Positions 62,842-64,000 of a stretch of 64,000 bases of DNA are shown here, in pieces. The position numbers were made by a program, and so were the translations under genes. Positions within the stretch are counted from its first letter, which is position 1; each line of letters starts with the position of its first letter. The DNA is taken from assembly GCA_964016885.1 (NCBI GenBank), contig OZ024741.1, positions 330,274,001 to 330,338,000 of the forward strand, given 5' to 3'. Under the pieces are notes generated by a model. It was given only the letters and a program-made list of their open reading frames with translations. It searched no databases and had not been told where the DNA came from. This stretch comes from Eledone cirrhosa (taxonomy: Eukaryota).

Positions 62842-64000
62842 TATATCAAGTCACAAAAACAAAATAATGTCAATTCTAAGGAATATTTGTACACATAGTT
62901 GCTATTCATATATGAATAACTTATTTCAAACATTTCACCTGTACATAAAATAATGTGTAGTTTGAGAAATTTGAAAACAGCATTCATTACAATACCAGCC
63001 ATAGTTTATTTTATTGTTGTAAATTCTTTCCAATACATTTTCTTAAGCTCCATTACATGATTCAACTCTCTTCATCTTAAGAATTGCAAACATTATGAAA
63101 AAAATAGTTCACATCCATCAAGTTATGTAATCTCAATGTTATGTAAAATTATTACAGTAGTAAAGGAAAGTGGCTTAGAGGTTAGAGAATTGGATTCACA
63201 ATTGTGAGGTTGCTAGTTTGATTCCTGGACTGAGCGATGCGTTTAGTCCTTGAGTAAGACACTTTGTTTCATTTATCGTTGCTCTCTCTGTCAGGAGTTG
63301 CAGTTGGTCGATAGTATCAGCAATGGAAAGATCAATGGAAACATTGTTTCCTTGGTCTGATTAGATGAGTTCCACCCCCACTTGGTAAGCGAATGAGATC
63401 TGGGATCGTGGCCTGGGACAGGTAAAATAATAAAATATTGTCAAAATTAATATTCTGTGAGTTTCCAATCCATAATTAGATATGATTATCTAACAGATAA
63501 TCAGCAATAGAAAATAAGAGTTTACCCATTTGATATCACCCTGGCTGAGACCAATATGTAGCCCTTTTGGTCCTAAATTATCTGAAACTACTCTTGGTCC
63601 TATCATATAAAACTGTTTATTTAAAACTTTATATCTTTCAGAAAAATTTCCATCATAACTTTAAGTAAGGACCTTTATGTTCCAAACACTAGTTTAATAA
63701 TGGATAGTTATATTACTATATCCCTGTAAAATCTTGAATGTTTTCAAAATTGCTTGAAAAATCACTGGCATATTGTCTTTCATTAGAAATATTGGGACAA
63801 AAAAGTTAAAAAGAAAATCCCTCAAATGCTGTGCTAATCTTCTTCGTTGTCGTTTTATGTCCACATTCCCTGCTAACAAGGGTTGTTCTGATCTTCAAAC
63901 AGTCTGTACTGATGTGGGGTTACTGACCTCCCATACAGGCCTGGAGGTCTTCATCTCACTTACAGTCCCACATTCTACATTTTATCATGGTATCAGTTCA

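Overview
This is AT-rich, repeat-dense animal genomic DNA, not prokaryotic. The SINE, RTE-LINE and mariner repertoire plus KRAB-less C2H2 genes suggest a coleoid cephalopod, probably an octopod (inference). Most ORFs in the supplied track are spurious or transposon debris. Four host genes can be reconstructed by hand. (1) SNRPG/Sm-G exons 2-4 on + (8058-13216), with exon 1 absent from the window. (2) A complete 4-exon V-ATPase subunit e gene (ATP6V0E, +, 26938-36317) with a CLEAR/M-box 52 bp upstream of the ATG and a probable intron-split stop codon. (3, 4) Two divergent paralogous 9-finger C2H2 genes (45469-46857 -, 60916-62163 +). Bases 1-5482 are duplicated nearly exactly at 16869-21976, and one copy carries a later retro-insertion with a target-site duplication (TSD). 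The most interesting leads are: the zinc-finger pair, whose uniform helices predict binding to (TGA)n (the 3' tail of the local LINEs/SINEs) and to A-rich triplets, with a shared WxRGFP motif, a Cys/His nonapeptide repeat and hairpin arrays downstream of both stops; a ~650-bp highly structured non-coding element with 22-bp terminal direct repeats; RTE LINEs with a PHD finger inside the RT; and a minisatellite derived from a MITE end. All calls were made by eye. No searches or folding programs were run, and repeat boundaries are approximate.
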